Source of the DNA: Candidatus Latescibacterota bacterium
Lineage (GTDB): Bacteria; Latescibacterota; UBA2968; UBA8231
DNA: 64,000 nucleotides
NCBI GenBank assembly: GCA_964291625.2
Contig: OZ220089.1
Coordinates: 3,776,001-3,840,000 of the forward strand
Reading direction: 5' to 3'
Part shown: in pieces, positions 37,572-48,259 of the stretch
Layout: each line of letters opens with the position of its first letter
Position numbering within the stretch: the stretch's first letter is position 1
Position numbers and translations under genes: made by a program
The notes under the pieces: generated by a model
Seen by the model: only the letters and a program-made list of their open reading frames with translations
What the model was told of the DNA's origin: nothing
Databases searched by the model: none

Positions 37572-40273
37572 CCTTCGTTCTCTCGTCTGCGGACGGTGTC
37601 GATCCCGGCCGCATGGGAGGCAAGGCGGCGGCCCTCTCCCAGCTGGCCGGCACGGGGGTGAGGATCCCCGCCTGGTTCGTGATCACGCCGGGCGCTTTCG
37701 AAGCCAGTCTCTCGACGGCCCAGCGCCGCGCCCTGCTCCGGGCGGAAGGACAGGCAGATCTCGAGGGGTTCTTCGACCGGGTCTCGCCGGCCCCCCAGGT
37801 CCTGAAGGAAGTAGAGGAAGGCTTCGCAACGCTGGGCGATACCCGCCTGGTCGCGGTGCGCTCGTCCGGTGTACAGGAGGATGGAGTCGAGCACTCCTTT
37901 GCCGGCCAGTTCGAGAGCTATCTGTCGGTAACCCGCAAACGCCTGCCGGCCCGGATCACCGACGTATGGCGATCCGGTTTCAGCGAACGCCTCCTCGCCT
38001 ACCGCCGGGAGAACGACCTCGAAGGGCTGCCCCAGGCTCCGGCCGTGCTGGTGCAGGTGATGGTCGACAGCGAGACCGCCGGAGTCGCCTTCAGCGCCGA
38101 CCCGGTGACGGGCCGCCGCTCGGTGGCGGTGGTGTCGACACTCTACGGTCTGGGAACGGCGCTGGTCGGCGGGGACGCCGACGCCGACACCTATCGCGTC
38201 CATTTCGATGGAACGATCCTCGAGCGGGAGATTGCAGCGAAGAGCCTGGCGCACCGGCCGGCCCCGGACAGTCCCGAAGGGTTCGCGGCGCAGGAGATCG
38301 CGGAACCCGCTGCCTCCCAGCCGGCGCTTACCGACGGGGAGGCCGCGCGCATCGCCGGGCTCGCCCGCCGCTCCGAGCGCCACTTCGGGCGGCCCCAGGA
38401 CATCGAATGGGCGATGCGCGGCGGCGAGATCTTCCTCCTCCAGTCGCGGCCGATCACCGCCCTGGCCGCGAGGCCCGACCCCGACGGGGTCCGCACCATC
38501 TGGGACAACTCGAACATCGTCGAGAGCTACAGCGGGATCACCACCCCCCTGACCTTCAGCTTCGCCCTTCACGCCTACGATGGGGTCTACCGCGAGTTCT
38601 GCCGCCTCCTGGGCGTGACCGGGGGCAGGATCGCGGCCAACGATCTCACCTTCCGCCGCATGCTCGGACTGGTGCGCGGCCGCGTCTACTACAACCTCCT
38701 CAACTGGTACCGCGTCATCGCCCTGCTCCCCGGTTACAGCTTCAACCGCCGCTTCATGGAACAGATGATGGGGGTGCGCGAGAGTCTTCCCGACGAGATC
38801 ACCGCTTCCGCATCCGGCGCTTCCCGGCCGGAGCGTGTTCTCGATCTGCTCAGGCTGGGCCGCACCGTGGCGGGCCTGGTCGTCAACCACGTGCGCCTGC
38901 CCGCCATGACCGCCAGGTTCGAAGAGCGGCTGGATCGGGCGCTCGCTCCTCGGGATCCACCCCTGGAGGCGATGCGGCTCGACCAGCTGGCCGCCGACTA
39001 TCGTGCCCTCGAGTCGAATCTTCTGACGCGCTGGGACGCGCCGTTGATCAACGACTTCTTCGCCATGGTCTTCTTCGGCGTTCTGGGCCGCCTCACGGCG
39101 AGGTGGTGCGGCGGCGGGAAGGATGAGCCGGGCTCTCTGCACAACGATCTGGTGTGCGGCCAGGGGGGCATGATCAGTGCCGAGCCCGCCAGGCGCATCG
39201 TCGAGATGGCCGCCGTCGCAGCGCCCCATGCCGACCTGACCGAGGTCCTCCGCCAGGGGGCGGCCGCGGCGGCCGAGCAGGACTTGCGGCGGCACGAGGA
39301 GCTGGCACGACTCTACGACGACTATCTCGCCACCTTCGGCGATCGCTGCCTCGAAGAGCTCAAGCTCGAGTCGACCACTCTCCTCGACGATCCCGAGCCG
39401 CTGCTGCGCTCGATCGGGCACGCCGCGGCCCGACTCGCGCGCGGTCAGACCTTCGATACCGGTCATCAGTCGGCCGTGCGGCAGGCGGCGGAAGAGAGGG
39501 TGGGGCGGGCCCTTGCGCGGCGCCCCTTGCGGCGCGCCGTCTTTGCGTGGGTATTGGGCAACGCCCGCCAGCGGGTGCGGGACCGGGAGAATCTGCGGTT
39601 CGAGCGCACCCGCATCTTCGGCCGCGCGCGCAGGATCTTCCTCGAGGTCGGGCGCAGACTGTTTGCCGAGGGGGTCCTCGACGATCCCCGTGACGTCTTC
39701 TACCTCGAGCGCGAGGAAATCCTGGCGTACGTCGAAGGGGCCTCGCCGTGTGACGATCTGCGTGGTCTCGCCAGCGTGCGCCGCCGCGCCTTCGAGCGCT
39801 ACGCGGAGCACGAGGCTCCGGCCAACCGCTTCGAGACCTTCGGCGCCCCCTACATCGCCAACAGCTGCGCCGGCAGCGACCCGGGGACGGGAGAGCAGGG
39901 TGAAGCCGGGGGAGAAGACGTGCTCCTCGGCCTCGGTTGTTGCCCGGGTCTCGTGCGGGGCCGGGCGCGGGTGATCCGCGACCCCCGCGGGGCGGAACTA
40001 CAGCAAGGGGAGATCCTGGTGGCGGAGCGCACCGACCCGGGATGGATCATGCTCTTCCCGGCCGCCGCCGGCATTCTGGTCGAGCGCGGCAGCCTGCTCT
40101 CCCACTCGGCGATCGTGTCCAGAGAGATGGGCATTCCCGCCATCGTCGCCATCGCCGGCCTCACCACCCGAGTCAGGAGCGGTTGCTGGATCGAGATGGA
40201 CGGCGCGCGCGGCAGGGTGAGCCTGAACCCGCCGCAACCCGAAGCCGCCCCGGAGCAGGGAACCTGCCCATGA
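37568..40273 (+). CDS. PEP-utilising / rifampin-phosphotransferase-like dikinase (ATP-grasp, central domain, C-terminal phospho-His)
   Basis: GGKA..L, VAVRSSG..ED...SFAGQ, QDIEWA, LQSRPIT and TDPGW...ERGSLLSHSAIVSRE.GIP. Confidence 0.9.
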   Translation: MTFVLSSADGVDPGRMGGKAAALSQLAGTGVRIPAWFVITPGAFEASLSTAQRRALLRAEGQADLEGFFDRVSPAPQVLKEVEEGFATLGDTRLVAVRSSGVQEDGVEHSFAGQFESYLSVTRKRLPARITDVWRSGFSERLLAYRRENDLEGLPQAPAVLVQVMVDSETAGVAFSADPVTGRRSVAVVSTLYGLGTALVGGDADADTYRVHFDGTILEREIAAKSLAHRPAPDSPEGFAAQEIAEPAASQPALTDGEAARIAGLARRSERHFGRPQDIEWAMRGGEIFLLQSRPITALAARPDPDGVRTIWDNSNIVESYSGITTPLTFSFALHAYDGVYREFCRLLGVTGGRIAANDLTFRRMLGLVRGRVYYNLLNWYRVIALLPGYSFNRRFMEQMMGVRESLPDEITASASGASRPERVLDLLRLGRTVAGLVVNHVRLPAMTARFEERLDRALAPRDPPLEAMRLDQLAADYRALESNLLTRWDAPLINDFFAMVFFGVLGRLTARWCGGGKDEPGSLHNDLVCGQGGMISAEPARRIVEMAAVAAPHADLTEVLRQGAAAAAEQDLRRHEELARLYDDYLATFGDRCLEELKLESTTLLDDPEPLLRSIGHAAARLARGQTFDTGHQSAVRQAAEERVGRALARRPLRRAVFAWVLGNARQRVRDRENLRFERTRIFGRARRIFLEVGRRLFAEGVLDDPRDVFYLEREEILAYVEGASPCDDLRGLASVRRRAFERYAEHEAPANRFETFGAPYIANSCAGSDPGTGEQGEAGGEDVLLGLGCCPGLVRGRARVIRDPRGAELQQGEILVAERTDPGWIMLFPAAAGILVERGSLLSHSAIVSREMGIPAIVAIAGLTTRVRSGCWIEMDGARGRVSLNPPQPEAAPEQGTCP

Positions 40274-41385
40274 GCACGGAAGCGGCGGCGCAAGCCGACT
40301 TCTCGTTCATCCGCTACGCGCAGTGCTGGGAGGACGCCGACGTTCTCCTCGAGGCGCTCGAGGTCGGCGAAAGCGACGTCTGCCTGTCGATCGCTTCGGC
40401 GGGGGACAACTCCCTCTCACTCCTGTCGAGGGGCCCGGCGCGTGTGATCGCCGTCGACATGAACCCGGCCCAACTCGCCTGTCTCGCGTTGCGCGTCGCC
40501 GCCTACCGCGTGCTCGAGCACGGCGAGCTCCTGCAACTCGTCGGCTCGCGGGAGTGCGCCGACCGGGAGGCCCTCTACAGACGCTGCCGCGGCGCCCTCG
40601 AAACCAGGGCTCGCGGCTTCTGGGATGCCCGCCCGGAGCTCATCCGGGCCGGCATCGGCGGCGCCGGCAAGTTCGAGCGTTACTTCGCCGCATTCCGCAC
40701 GAAGGTATTGCCGTGGATCCATCCCCGGCGTCGAGTCGATCGGCTCCTGGCCGGCGGCACCCTGCAGGAACGCCGCCGTTTCTACGCCGGGAGCTGGGAC
40801 AACCGGCGTTGGGGTCTCCTCTTTCGACTCTTCTTCTCCCGTTTCGCAATGGGCAGGATGGGCCGCGATCCGGCTTTCTTCCGCTACGTGGAGGGCTCGG
40901 TGGCGCAGCGCATCCTGTCGCGCGCCAGGCACGCCGCCACCGAGCTGGACCCGGCGGCCAACCCCTACCTCCAGTGGATTCTCACAGGCCGCCACACGAC
41001 CGCCCTGCCCCACGCCTTGCGCCAGGAGAACTTCGACGCCATCAGGGAGAATCTGCACCGGCTCGAATGGCACCGCATGTCGATCGAGGAACTCCTCGCG
41101 TCCGAGCCCGGGCTTCGCTTCGATCGCTGCAACCTGAGCGACATCTTCGAATACATGTCCGACGAGAGCTTCCACCGGCTGCTCTCCACCCTGGCCGGAC
41201 GCGCCCGCAAGGGGGCCCGATTCGCCTACTGGAACATGCTGGTGCCCCGCAGCCGGCCGCCGCAACTGGCGCACGCTCTCACTCCGCGCCGCGAGCTTGC
41301 CGAGCGGCTTCACCTTCAGGACAAGGCCTTCTTCTACAGCCGGTTCGTCGTCGAGACGGTAGCGGAGGGAGGAGGGCCGCGATGA
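40270..41385 (+). CDS. DUF3419 / BtaA-like SAM-dependent 3-amino-3-carboxypropyl transferase family protein
   Basis: IRYAQCWED, LSIASAGDN, AVDMNPAQ, GKFERYF, NPYL and LSDIFEYM. Confidence 0.85.
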   Translation: MSTEAAAQADFSFIRYAQCWEDADVLLEALEVGESDVCLSIASAGDNSLSLLSRGPARVIAVDMNPAQLACLALRVAAYRVLEHGELLQLVGSRECADREALYRRCRGALETRARGFWDARPELIRAGIGGAGKFERYFAAFRTKVLPWIHPRRRVDRLLAGGTLQERRRFYAGSWDNRRWGLLFRLFFSRFAMGRMGRDPAFFRYVEGSVAQRILSRARHAATELDPAANPYLQWILTGRHTTALPHALRQENFDAIRENLHRLEWHRMSIEELLASEPGLRFDRCNLSDIFEYMSDESFHRLLSTLAGRARKGARFAYWNMLVPRSRPPQLAHALTPRRELAERLHLQDKAFFYSRFVVETVAEGGGPR

Positions 41386-42752
41386 CACTCACCGCCACCC
41401 TTCTCGCCATGGCGGCCCTCCTCGCCGCGTTTGCGGTTCTCCTGGCTGGTCTCAAGGCGATCGAGAAGAGAAGCCGTCTCCATCCCGAGCTCCTGCGCAA
41501 GGGCCTGCACGTCGTCATGGGGCTGGTCCTCCTTCCGTTGCCCTGGGTCTTCGATCGCGCCTGGCCGATGATCGCGCTGGCAGTCCTCGCCTGCGGCGCC
41601 ATGGTGGCGGCGCGCGCGAGTCGCCGCCTGCGCAGCGGCCTCGGCACGGTGATGGGCGGAGTGGGCCGGGACAGCCTCGGTGAGATCTACTTCCCCATCG
41701 CCGTCAGCCTCCTCTTCCTCCTCAGCCGCGGCGACTGGCTGCTCTACGTCGTTCCTATCCTCATGCTGGCGCTGGCGGACGCCGTCGCCGCCCTGGTGGG
41801 CATTCGCTACGGGCTGTCGCAGTACCGGACTTCGGACGGCCACAAGAGCCTCGAGGGCTCTCTCGCATTCTTCCTGGTGGCCTTCTTCAGCGCCCACCTT
41901 CCTCTCCTGCTCCTGACCGGCACGGGACGGGCCGAGGCCGTTCTGATCGCCGCGATCCTCGCCCTCCTCGTCATGATGCTGGAGTGCGTGGCGTGGCGCG
42001 GGCTGGACAACCTCTTCATCCCCCTGGGTGCCCACGCATTCCTTCGCCTCTACCTGGGTGCGGAGACCGGGCTTCTCCTCTTCCACCTGACGGTTGCCGT
42101 GGTCCTGACGGTCTTCTCACTGGCCTGGAGGCCGCGCAGGAAGCTCGACGACAGCGCCCTCATCGGATGCGCGCTCTTCGGCTACGCCGCCTTCGCGCTG
42201 GGCGGTTGGCTGTGGCTTCTCGGACCGGTGGTCTACTTCCTCGCCCTGATCCTGGTCTGGCCGCGCTCCCCCGCGGATCGTCCGCACACCGTGTATGCCA
42301 TGCTCGCGTCTTCCGCCGCGGGCCTGTGCTGGCTGTTCGCCCACTCCATCACCGGGAAGGGGTGGCTCCTGATCCCCTTCGCCGGCTCCTTCGCCGCACA
42401 GCTCACCCTGTATGGTGTCGCGAGGTTCGGCCACCTGCCCGACCGTGGACCGCGTTCGCTGCGCCTGGCCGGCGACATAGGTCTCGGCTGGCTCCTCATT
42501 CAATGCCCGACCCTGCTCATCGCATTCGCATACGGTCTCGCCGACCTGGCGTCCGACGCCCCCGTACTGGATGTCCCCGGTCTGTTGAGCGACCTCGGTC
42601 TCGGTCTGGCGGCCACCAGTCTGGTTGCCGTGGTCTTCTACCTGCTGGTGCCGCGAATCTACGGTCCACCCATGCGGGAGGCCGCGATCAACCCCACCTT
42701 CGCCACCCTCGGCGCGGGGGCGTCGGTCGTGGCGGGGCTGCGTTGGCTTTGA
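41382..42752 (+). CDS. CTP-dependent polyprenol (phytol/dolichol) or diacylglycerol kinase-like membrane protein
   Basis: ELLRKGLH, LADAVAALVG, KSLEGS and GLDNLFIP; many TM segments. Confidence 0.8.
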   Translation: MTLTATLLAMAALLAAFAVLLAGLKAIEKRSRLHPELLRKGLHVVMGLVLLPLPWVFDRAWPMIALAVLACGAMVAARASRRLRSGLGTVMGGVGRDSLGEIYFPIAVSLLFLLSRGDWLLYVVPILMLALADAVAALVGIRYGLSQYRTSDGHKSLEGSLAFFLVAFFSAHLPLLLLTGTGRAEAVLIAAILALLVMMLECVAWRGLDNLFIPLGAHAFLRLYLGAETGLLLFHLTVAVVLTVFSLAWRPRRKLDDSALIGCALFGYAAFALGGWLWLLGPVVYFLALILVWPRSPADRPHTVYAMLASSAAGLCWLFAHSITGKGWLLIPFAGSFAAQLTLYGVARFGHLPDRGPRSLRLAGDIGLGWLLIQCPTLLIAFAYGLADLASDAPVLDVPGLLSDLGLGLAATSLVAVVFYLLVPRIYGPPMREAAINPTFATLGAGASVVAGLRWL

Positions 42753-42904
42753 CCCTGGCCCGATTTGTCCGGCTGTCGGTGGCCGGGAGCCTCGTCCTCG
42801 CGGTGTACGCCCACTATGAGGTGGCGGACGAGGACTGGAGGGAGGTCGTCGAAGGCGCCCAACGGGACATCCGGGCAGGACTGGACGCGCTGGCCGGCCG
42901 ATGA
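42749..42904 (+). CDS. Small (51 aa) hypothetical protein or gene remnant within the operon
   Basis: TTG start overlaps the upstream stop (TTGA) and its stop overlaps the downstream ATG (ATGA), filling the gap exactly. Confidence 0.4.
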   Translation: MTLARFVRLSVAGSLVLAVYAHYEVADEDWREVVEGAQRDIRAGLDALAGR

Positions 42905-43899
42905 GCCCCTTTTCCACTATCGACCGGGTCGAGGATCTGGCGGCGCTGCGGGCCGGTCCGGTGGAGCCGTTGCAGGCCGAGGACTTCCTGCTCACCGGGC
43001 CCTCCCGCCATCTCGCATTGCAGGACGCGACGGGCGGGTTGCTGGCCCGGTGCTCGCTGTGGAGGGCCCGCGACGCCCATGGCGAGCCGACCCCCGCCGG
43101 CCTGATCGGACACTATGCCGCTCTCGATGCCGATGCCGGCCGGGCGCTGCTGGAACACGCCTCGGACTGGCACCGGTCCGAAGGGTGTGAACGGGTCATC
43201 GGTCCCATGGACGGCTCCACCTGGCACCGCTACAGGCTGCTGACCGAGCGCGGAACGGAACCGACCTTCTTCCTGGAGCCCGACAATCCCGACGACTGGC
43301 CCCGGCACTTCGCCGCCGCCGGATTCGTGCCGCTGGCCACCTACACCTCGGCGCTCAACTCCGACCTCCACCAGTTCGACCCGCGCTCGGACCGGCGGCG
43401 GTCCGAACTCGAACGGAAGGGCATCACCATTCGCACGATCGACGTCGAGCGCTTCGACGTCGACCTCGCCGCCATTCACGAGCTGTCGCTGGCGGCGTTC
43501 GCGGACAACTTCCTCTTCAGCCCCATCTCGCTCGAGGCCTTCGTCGCCTCCTACACTCCGATCCGTCCCTTTCTCGTCCCCGAGCTCGTCCTGCTCGCGG
43601 AGCAGCGCGGGCAACTCGTCGGTTTCGTCTTCGGCATCCCGGATCTCATGGAACCGGCGCGAGGCGATCCCCGACGCACGGTGGTCGTCAAGTCGCTGGC
43701 CGTGCATCCGTCGTCCGCTGGGAACGGCCTCGGCGGTCTGTTGGTGGACGACTGTCAGCAGGCGGCAAGGAAGCTCGGGTTCGAGCGCGCCATTCACGCG
43801 CTGATGCACGAGAGCAACCTGTCCCGGAGGATCTCGGCTCGCTACGGCACCGTGATCCGCCGCTACACTCTCTACGAGAAACCGTTGGTCCGGGAATGA
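42901..43899 (+). CDS. GNAT family N-acyltransferase (tandem GNAT)
   Basis: GPMDGSTWHRYR, FFLEP.NP, KSLAVHP...G.GLG and AIHALMHESN. Confidence 0.8.
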   Translation: MSPFSTIDRVEDLAALRAGPVEPLQAEDFLLTGPSRHLALQDATGGLLARCSLWRARDAHGEPTPAGLIGHYAALDADAGRALLEHASDWHRSEGCERVIGPMDGSTWHRYRLLTERGTEPTFFLEPDNPDDWPRHFAAAGFVPLATYTSALNSDLHQFDPRSDRRRSELERKGITIRTIDVERFDVDLAAIHELSLAAFADNFLFSPISLEAFVASYTPIRPFLVPELVLLAEQRGQLVGFVFGIPDLMEPARGDPRRTVVVKSLAVHPSSAGNGLGGLLVDDCQQAARKLGFERAIHALMHESNLSRRISARYGTVIRRYTLYEKPLVRE

Positions 43900-45484
43900 A
43901 CATCAGCCAGGTCCTGATCGATCAGGCCGCCGAGCGGCCCGAGGAGCCCGCCATCATCGAGGCGACGAAAGGGGGGGCGCGCTCCCTCACCTTTGGTCAG
44001 ATGGTGGAACGCTCGGCGAGGGCCGCCGCACTGCTGCACTCGGCCAGGCTCCACGAGGGGGATCGAATCCTCGTACTCCAGCCCATGTCCATGGAGCTCT
44101 ATGTCGTCCTCCTGGCGGTCTTCCGTCTCGGCCTGGTCGCCACCGTCCTGGATCCCTCGGCCGGACGCCGGCACATCGAGCAGTGCTGCGGCATCGCCCG
44201 GCCCAGGGCGTTCGTCGGCCCGGCCCGGGCCCACATCCTGCGGTTCGCCTGTGGAGGTCTGCGTCGAATCGAACGGCACTTCGTGACCGCGGGCTGGGCT
44301 CCTGGTGCGACCCGGTGGTCCCGGCTCGAACGCCTCGAGCCCCTGACACGGGTCACCGCCTGCGGTTCTCCGCACGACGCCCTTCTCACCTTTACCAGCG
44401 GCAGCACCGGAGTCCCGAAAGCGGTGGTCCGCAGCCACGGTTTCCTGTTGGCGCAGCACGAGGTCCTGGCCGACTCCATCGAACTCGAGCCCGGCGAAGT
44501 CGACCTCGCCACGCTGCCGATCTTCGTGCTCGCCAATCTGGCCTCGGGCGTGACGACGGTCATACCAGGGTGCGACCTCCGGCGTCCCGGCTTCGTGGAG
44601 CCGGCCCCGATTCTCGAGCAACTCAAGCGTCATCGCGTCACCCGGACCGCCGGATCCCCGGCGCTGTACGCCAGGCTGCTTCAGGGAGCTGGGAGCGGTG
44701 AGACGGGCCTCAGCACCCTCGAGAAGCTCTACACCGGCGGCGCTCCTGTCTTTCCTCCCCTCCTGCAGAAGCTCCGTTCGGCGATGCCGCGGGGCCGGGT
44801 GATCGTCGTCTACGGCTCGACCGAGGCAGAGCCCATCGCCCACCTCGATTGGGACGAAGCGGATCCCGCCGACCTGGAGGCCATGTATGCCGGGAAGGGG
44901 CTGCTGGTCGGAAGGCCGGTGCACCGGATCGAGTTGCGCATTCTGGACAACCGCTGGGGCGAAACCCTTCCGGAAATGAAGGCATGGGAATTCGCCGAAC
45001 GTGCGTTGCCCGCGGAGCGGGGCGGCGAGATCGTGGTGAATGGTCCCCATGTGCTGGGCGGCTACCTGAACGGCATCGGCGACGAGCAGACCAAGTTCCG
45101 GGTCGAAGGTGAGTGTGGCACCGCACCGGCGACGCCGGCTGTCTCGACGACTCAGGCCGGCTGTGGCTCCTGGGACGCGCCGGGGCGGTCATCCGGGACG
45201 AACGCGGCACGATCTATCCCTTCGCCGCCGAGTGCGCAGCAAGCCGGCTGGCCTGGATCGAAAGGAGCGCTCTCGCCGGGCACAATGGCGAGCGCCTCCT
45301 GGCGGTGCAGCTGGGGGCACGGGCGCCGGCGGACGCGGAGCTGCGCGTGAAGAAGATGCTATGCTGGGCACAACTCGACCGGGTCGTGCGGTTGGCACGA
45401 ATACCGGTCGATCGTCGCCACAACGCGAAAGTCGACTACCCCGCGCTGAAAGAGGCACTCGAGCGCCATGGCAACTCAGGATGA
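43896..45484 (+). CDS. AMP-binding acyl-CoA synthetase-like enzyme (OleC-like); frameshift near 45113
   Basis: TFTSGSTGVPK and YGSTEAEP; WHRTGDAG...LLGR and PVDRRHNAKVDY continue in the next frame. Confidence 0.85.
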
Positions 45485-45521
45485 CAGCTGGACAACACCA
45501 CCTCCGAACAGAAGGACTCCA

Positions 45522-48239
45522 ATGAGATTTCCCAGGAACGCTGTCCTGCTCTCGCTGGCCCTCGCTCTCTTGGTCCGGGCGGAGGCCGCTCCTCAGGAGG
45601 AATCACATGGGGAAGAGTCCCCTCCCCCGGGGTGGCGGATCCACCGCTCCATTCCTCCGGAGGGGGCCGCGACCCACCTGGTGGTTCCGGGGGAGAGGTT
45701 CGGGGCCGGAACGCTCAAACGCTGGCTCTACGGCAGCGACTACCGGGACCTCTGGACCACCCCCATCGAGGTTCAGGTCCTCGACCTCGACCGCGTCGGC
45801 GGCGGCCTGACGCCCCTGCGCACCGGCGGGTTCGGGCAGTCGATCTCGCTCCACTTCACGGGAGAGGACGGCCGCCGGTACACGGTGCGGTCCCTGGACA
45901 AGGACCCCACCAAGCGAATCTGGGACGAGCTCAAGGGCACGGTCGCCGACGGCCTGCTCCAGGACCTGATCGCCTCGCTCCTGCCCACCGGGGCGCTGGT
46001 CACCGATCCGCTGATGGAAGCCACGGGCATCCTCCATTCCAGACACACCCTCGTCGTCATCCCGGACCATCCCGGTCTGGGGGAGTACCGCGAGGAGTTC
46101 GCCGGCCTCATCGGAACGCTGCAGGAACACCCTTCCGAGGGCCCGGACGATACCCCCGGCTTTGCCGGGTCGCGCAAGATCAGCGGCACGGAGAGGCTGT
46201 GGGAGCGCATGGAGAAGACCCCCTGCAACCGGGTCGATGCCCGCGCCTACCTGAAGGCGAAGCTGATGGACTTCCTCATCGGCGACAAGGACCGCCACTT
46301 CGGCCAGTGGAGGTGGGCGCGGTTCCCGGACGGGGACTGCCACACCTGGGTCGTGATACCGGAGGACCGCGACCAGGCGTTCATCGACCTCGACGGGTTC
46401 GCCATGGCCGTGGCGCGCAGAGGCCTGCCGAGGCAGATCGAGTTCGGTGAGTCCTATCCGAGCCTGGTGGGCCTGACGACCACGGGCTGGGAGATGGACC
46501 GCGAGTACCTGGTCGAGCTGGACAGGGCCGCATGGGAGTCGGTGGTGGCGGAGTTCCGCGGCGACCTGCCGGACGCCGTCATCGAGGAGGCGGTCCGGAG
46601 GCTGCCGGCACCCTACTACGCGATGATCGGGGACGAGCTCGCCGGGGCGCTGAAGTCGAGGCGGGACGCCCTGCCCGACTTCGCCGGCCGCTACTACGAG
46701 CTGATCACCCGGGAGGCGGAGATCCAGGCGACCGACAAGGACGAGTACGCCCTGTGTGAGCATATGCCCGACGGCGAGCTCGCGGTCCGGATCGGCTTGC
46801 TGGAGGGGTCCGGAGGAAGCAGGGAAGCCCCCTACTTCCGGAGGACGTTCAGTCCCCGGGAGACCCGCGAGGTCCGCATATACCTGCGCGGGGGAGACGA
46901 CAGCGCGGAGATAACCGGGGGCTCGGGGCGCATCACCCTTCGCATCGATGGCGGAGGCGGGGACGACAGCTTCACGAACTCATCCCGGGCCGGTGCATCG
47001 AAGACCCGCTTCTACGACCATCGGGGGAAGAACCGCTTCGTCAAGGGTGAGGGAGCCAGGGTCGACGAGAGCCCCTACAAGCGGCCGCCCGCGACTCTCC
47101 TGCGGGCCCGCTACGCGCTCGACTGGGGCCAGCAGACCATGGCCTTTCCCATCTTCATGGCCACCCCGGACCTGGGCGTGTTCGCGGGAGGCGTGGCCAG
47201 CAGGCAGTACTTCGGCTATCGCAAGGACCCCTTCGCCTCCAGTCATTCGATCAACGCCGGGCTGGCCGTCAATCGGCTCGAGCCCTTCGTCGCCTATACG
47301 GGGACCTTCCGCCGAGTACTGCTCGGCCTGGACGCGAAGGTCAGGCTCAAGTACTCCGGGATCCAGGTGATCCGCTTCAACGGCCTCGGCAACGAAACCG
47401 AGATCCCCGGTCCTTCCTCCTTCTACGAGGTGGAGCAGAATCACTTCGCTTTCGCACCCTCTCTCGAATTCGGCGGGGGAGGGCGCCAGGGGGGCGGGTC
47501 CCACGGTGTCCCGCAGGCGCCGCGTCCGGAGTGGACCATCGGCTTCGGTCCGGCCATCAAGTACTCGGACACGCCCCTGAGCTCGAACGAGGGGAAGTTC
47601 ATCGCTTCCCGGGATGACCCGTGGTACGGCACCGGTTCCTTCGGCCAGGCGGGGGCCCAGGGCGAGATCACTTACGACGCGCGGGACAACTCGGGGTACG
47701 CCACTCGCGGTGTTCTGGTCAAGGTGGCCGGCGCCCTCTACCCGGGGGTCTGGGACGTGGAGTCGGCCTTCGGCAGCATGGACGGGGAGACGCGCGCCTA
47801 CCTGACGGCCCCCGTTCCCACCAGGCCGACCCTGGCCTTGCGGGCCGGCGGCAGGAAGGTGTGGGGAACCTTCCCCTTCCACGAGAGCGCCTTTCTGGGA
47901 GGACCCGGCCTGATCGCCGGGGATGCATCCAACGGCAGCTTGCGCGGCTTCCGCAAGAACCGGTTCGCCGGAGAGGCCGCGTTGTACGGGAATGCCGAGC
48001 TGCGCCTGTCGCTGGCCAGGATCCGGCTCCTGTTTCCGGGTGAGGTGGGCGTCTTCGGTGCGGCCGACGCCGGCCGGGTGTTCCACTCCGGGGATCCGGA
48101 CGATGCCGACAGCTGGCACACCAGTACCGGAGGCGGATTGTGGCTGTCCTTCCTCCAACGCCTGCAGACCTTGAGCGTGGCCGCCGTCAACGGCGATGAC
48201 CTGACGGGGGTGTACGTGCGCGCCGGTCTCACGTTCTAG
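45522..48239 (+). CDS. Omp85/BamA-TamA-like barrel fused to an N-terminal atypical kinase-like domain
   Basis: Signal peptide, GGFGQS loop, DFLIGDKDRHFGQWRW, IPEDRDQAF, barrel motif LRGFRKNRFAG and terminal Phe. Confidence 0.75.
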   Translation: MRFPRNAVLLSLALALLVRAEAAPQEESHGEESPPPGWRIHRSIPPEGAATHLVVPGERFGAGTLKRWLYGSDYRDLWTTPIEVQVLDLDRVGGGLTPLRTGGFGQSISLHFTGEDGRRYTVRSLDKDPTKRIWDELKGTVADGLLQDLIASLLPTGALVTDPLMEATGILHSRHTLVVIPDHPGLGEYREEFAGLIGTLQEHPSEGPDDTPGFAGSRKISGTERLWERMEKTPCNRVDARAYLKAKLMDFLIGDKDRHFGQWRWARFPDGDCHTWVVIPEDRDQAFIDLDGFAMAVARRGLPRQIEFGESYPSLVGLTTTGWEMDREYLVELDRAAWESVVAEFRGDLPDAVIEEAVRRLPAPYYAMIGDELAGALKSRRDALPDFAGRYYELITREAEIQATDKDEYALCEHMPDGELAVRIGLLEGSGGSREAPYFRRTFSPRETREVRIYLRGGDDSAEITGGSGRITLRIDGGGGDDSFTNSSRAGASKTRFYDHRGKNRFVKGEGARVDESPYKRPPATLLRARYALDWGQQTMAFPIFMATPDLGVFAGGVASRQYFGYRKDPFASSHSINAGLAVNRLEPFVAYTGTFRRVLLGLDAKVRLKYSGIQVIRFNGLGNETEIPGPSSFYEVEQNHFAFAPSLEFGGGGRQGGGSHGVPQAPRPEWTIGFGPAIKYSDTPLSSNEGKFIASRDDPWYGTGSFGQAGAQGEITYDARDNSGYATRGVLVKVAGALYPGVWDVESAFGSMDGETRAYLTAPVPTRPTLALRAGGRKVWGTFPFHESAFLGGPGLIAGDASNGSLRGFRKNRFAGEAALYGNAELRLSLARIRLLFPGEVGVFGAADAGRVFHSGDPDDADSWHTSTGGGLWLSFLQRLQTLSVAAVNGDDLTGVYVRAGLTF

Positions 48240-48259
48240 CAGAAACAGGGAGAACTCAG

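Noticed and set aside
37568-40273. Rifampin resistance gene (rph) or true PEP synthase (ppsA)
   Set aside because: It shares the domain order with RPH but sits in a coupled biosynthetic operon, and it lacks the PEP synthase C-terminal barrel; the substrate is unknown.
40270-41385. Canonical betaine lipid (DGTS) btaAB pathway
   Set aside because: There is no BtaB methyltransferase in the operon.
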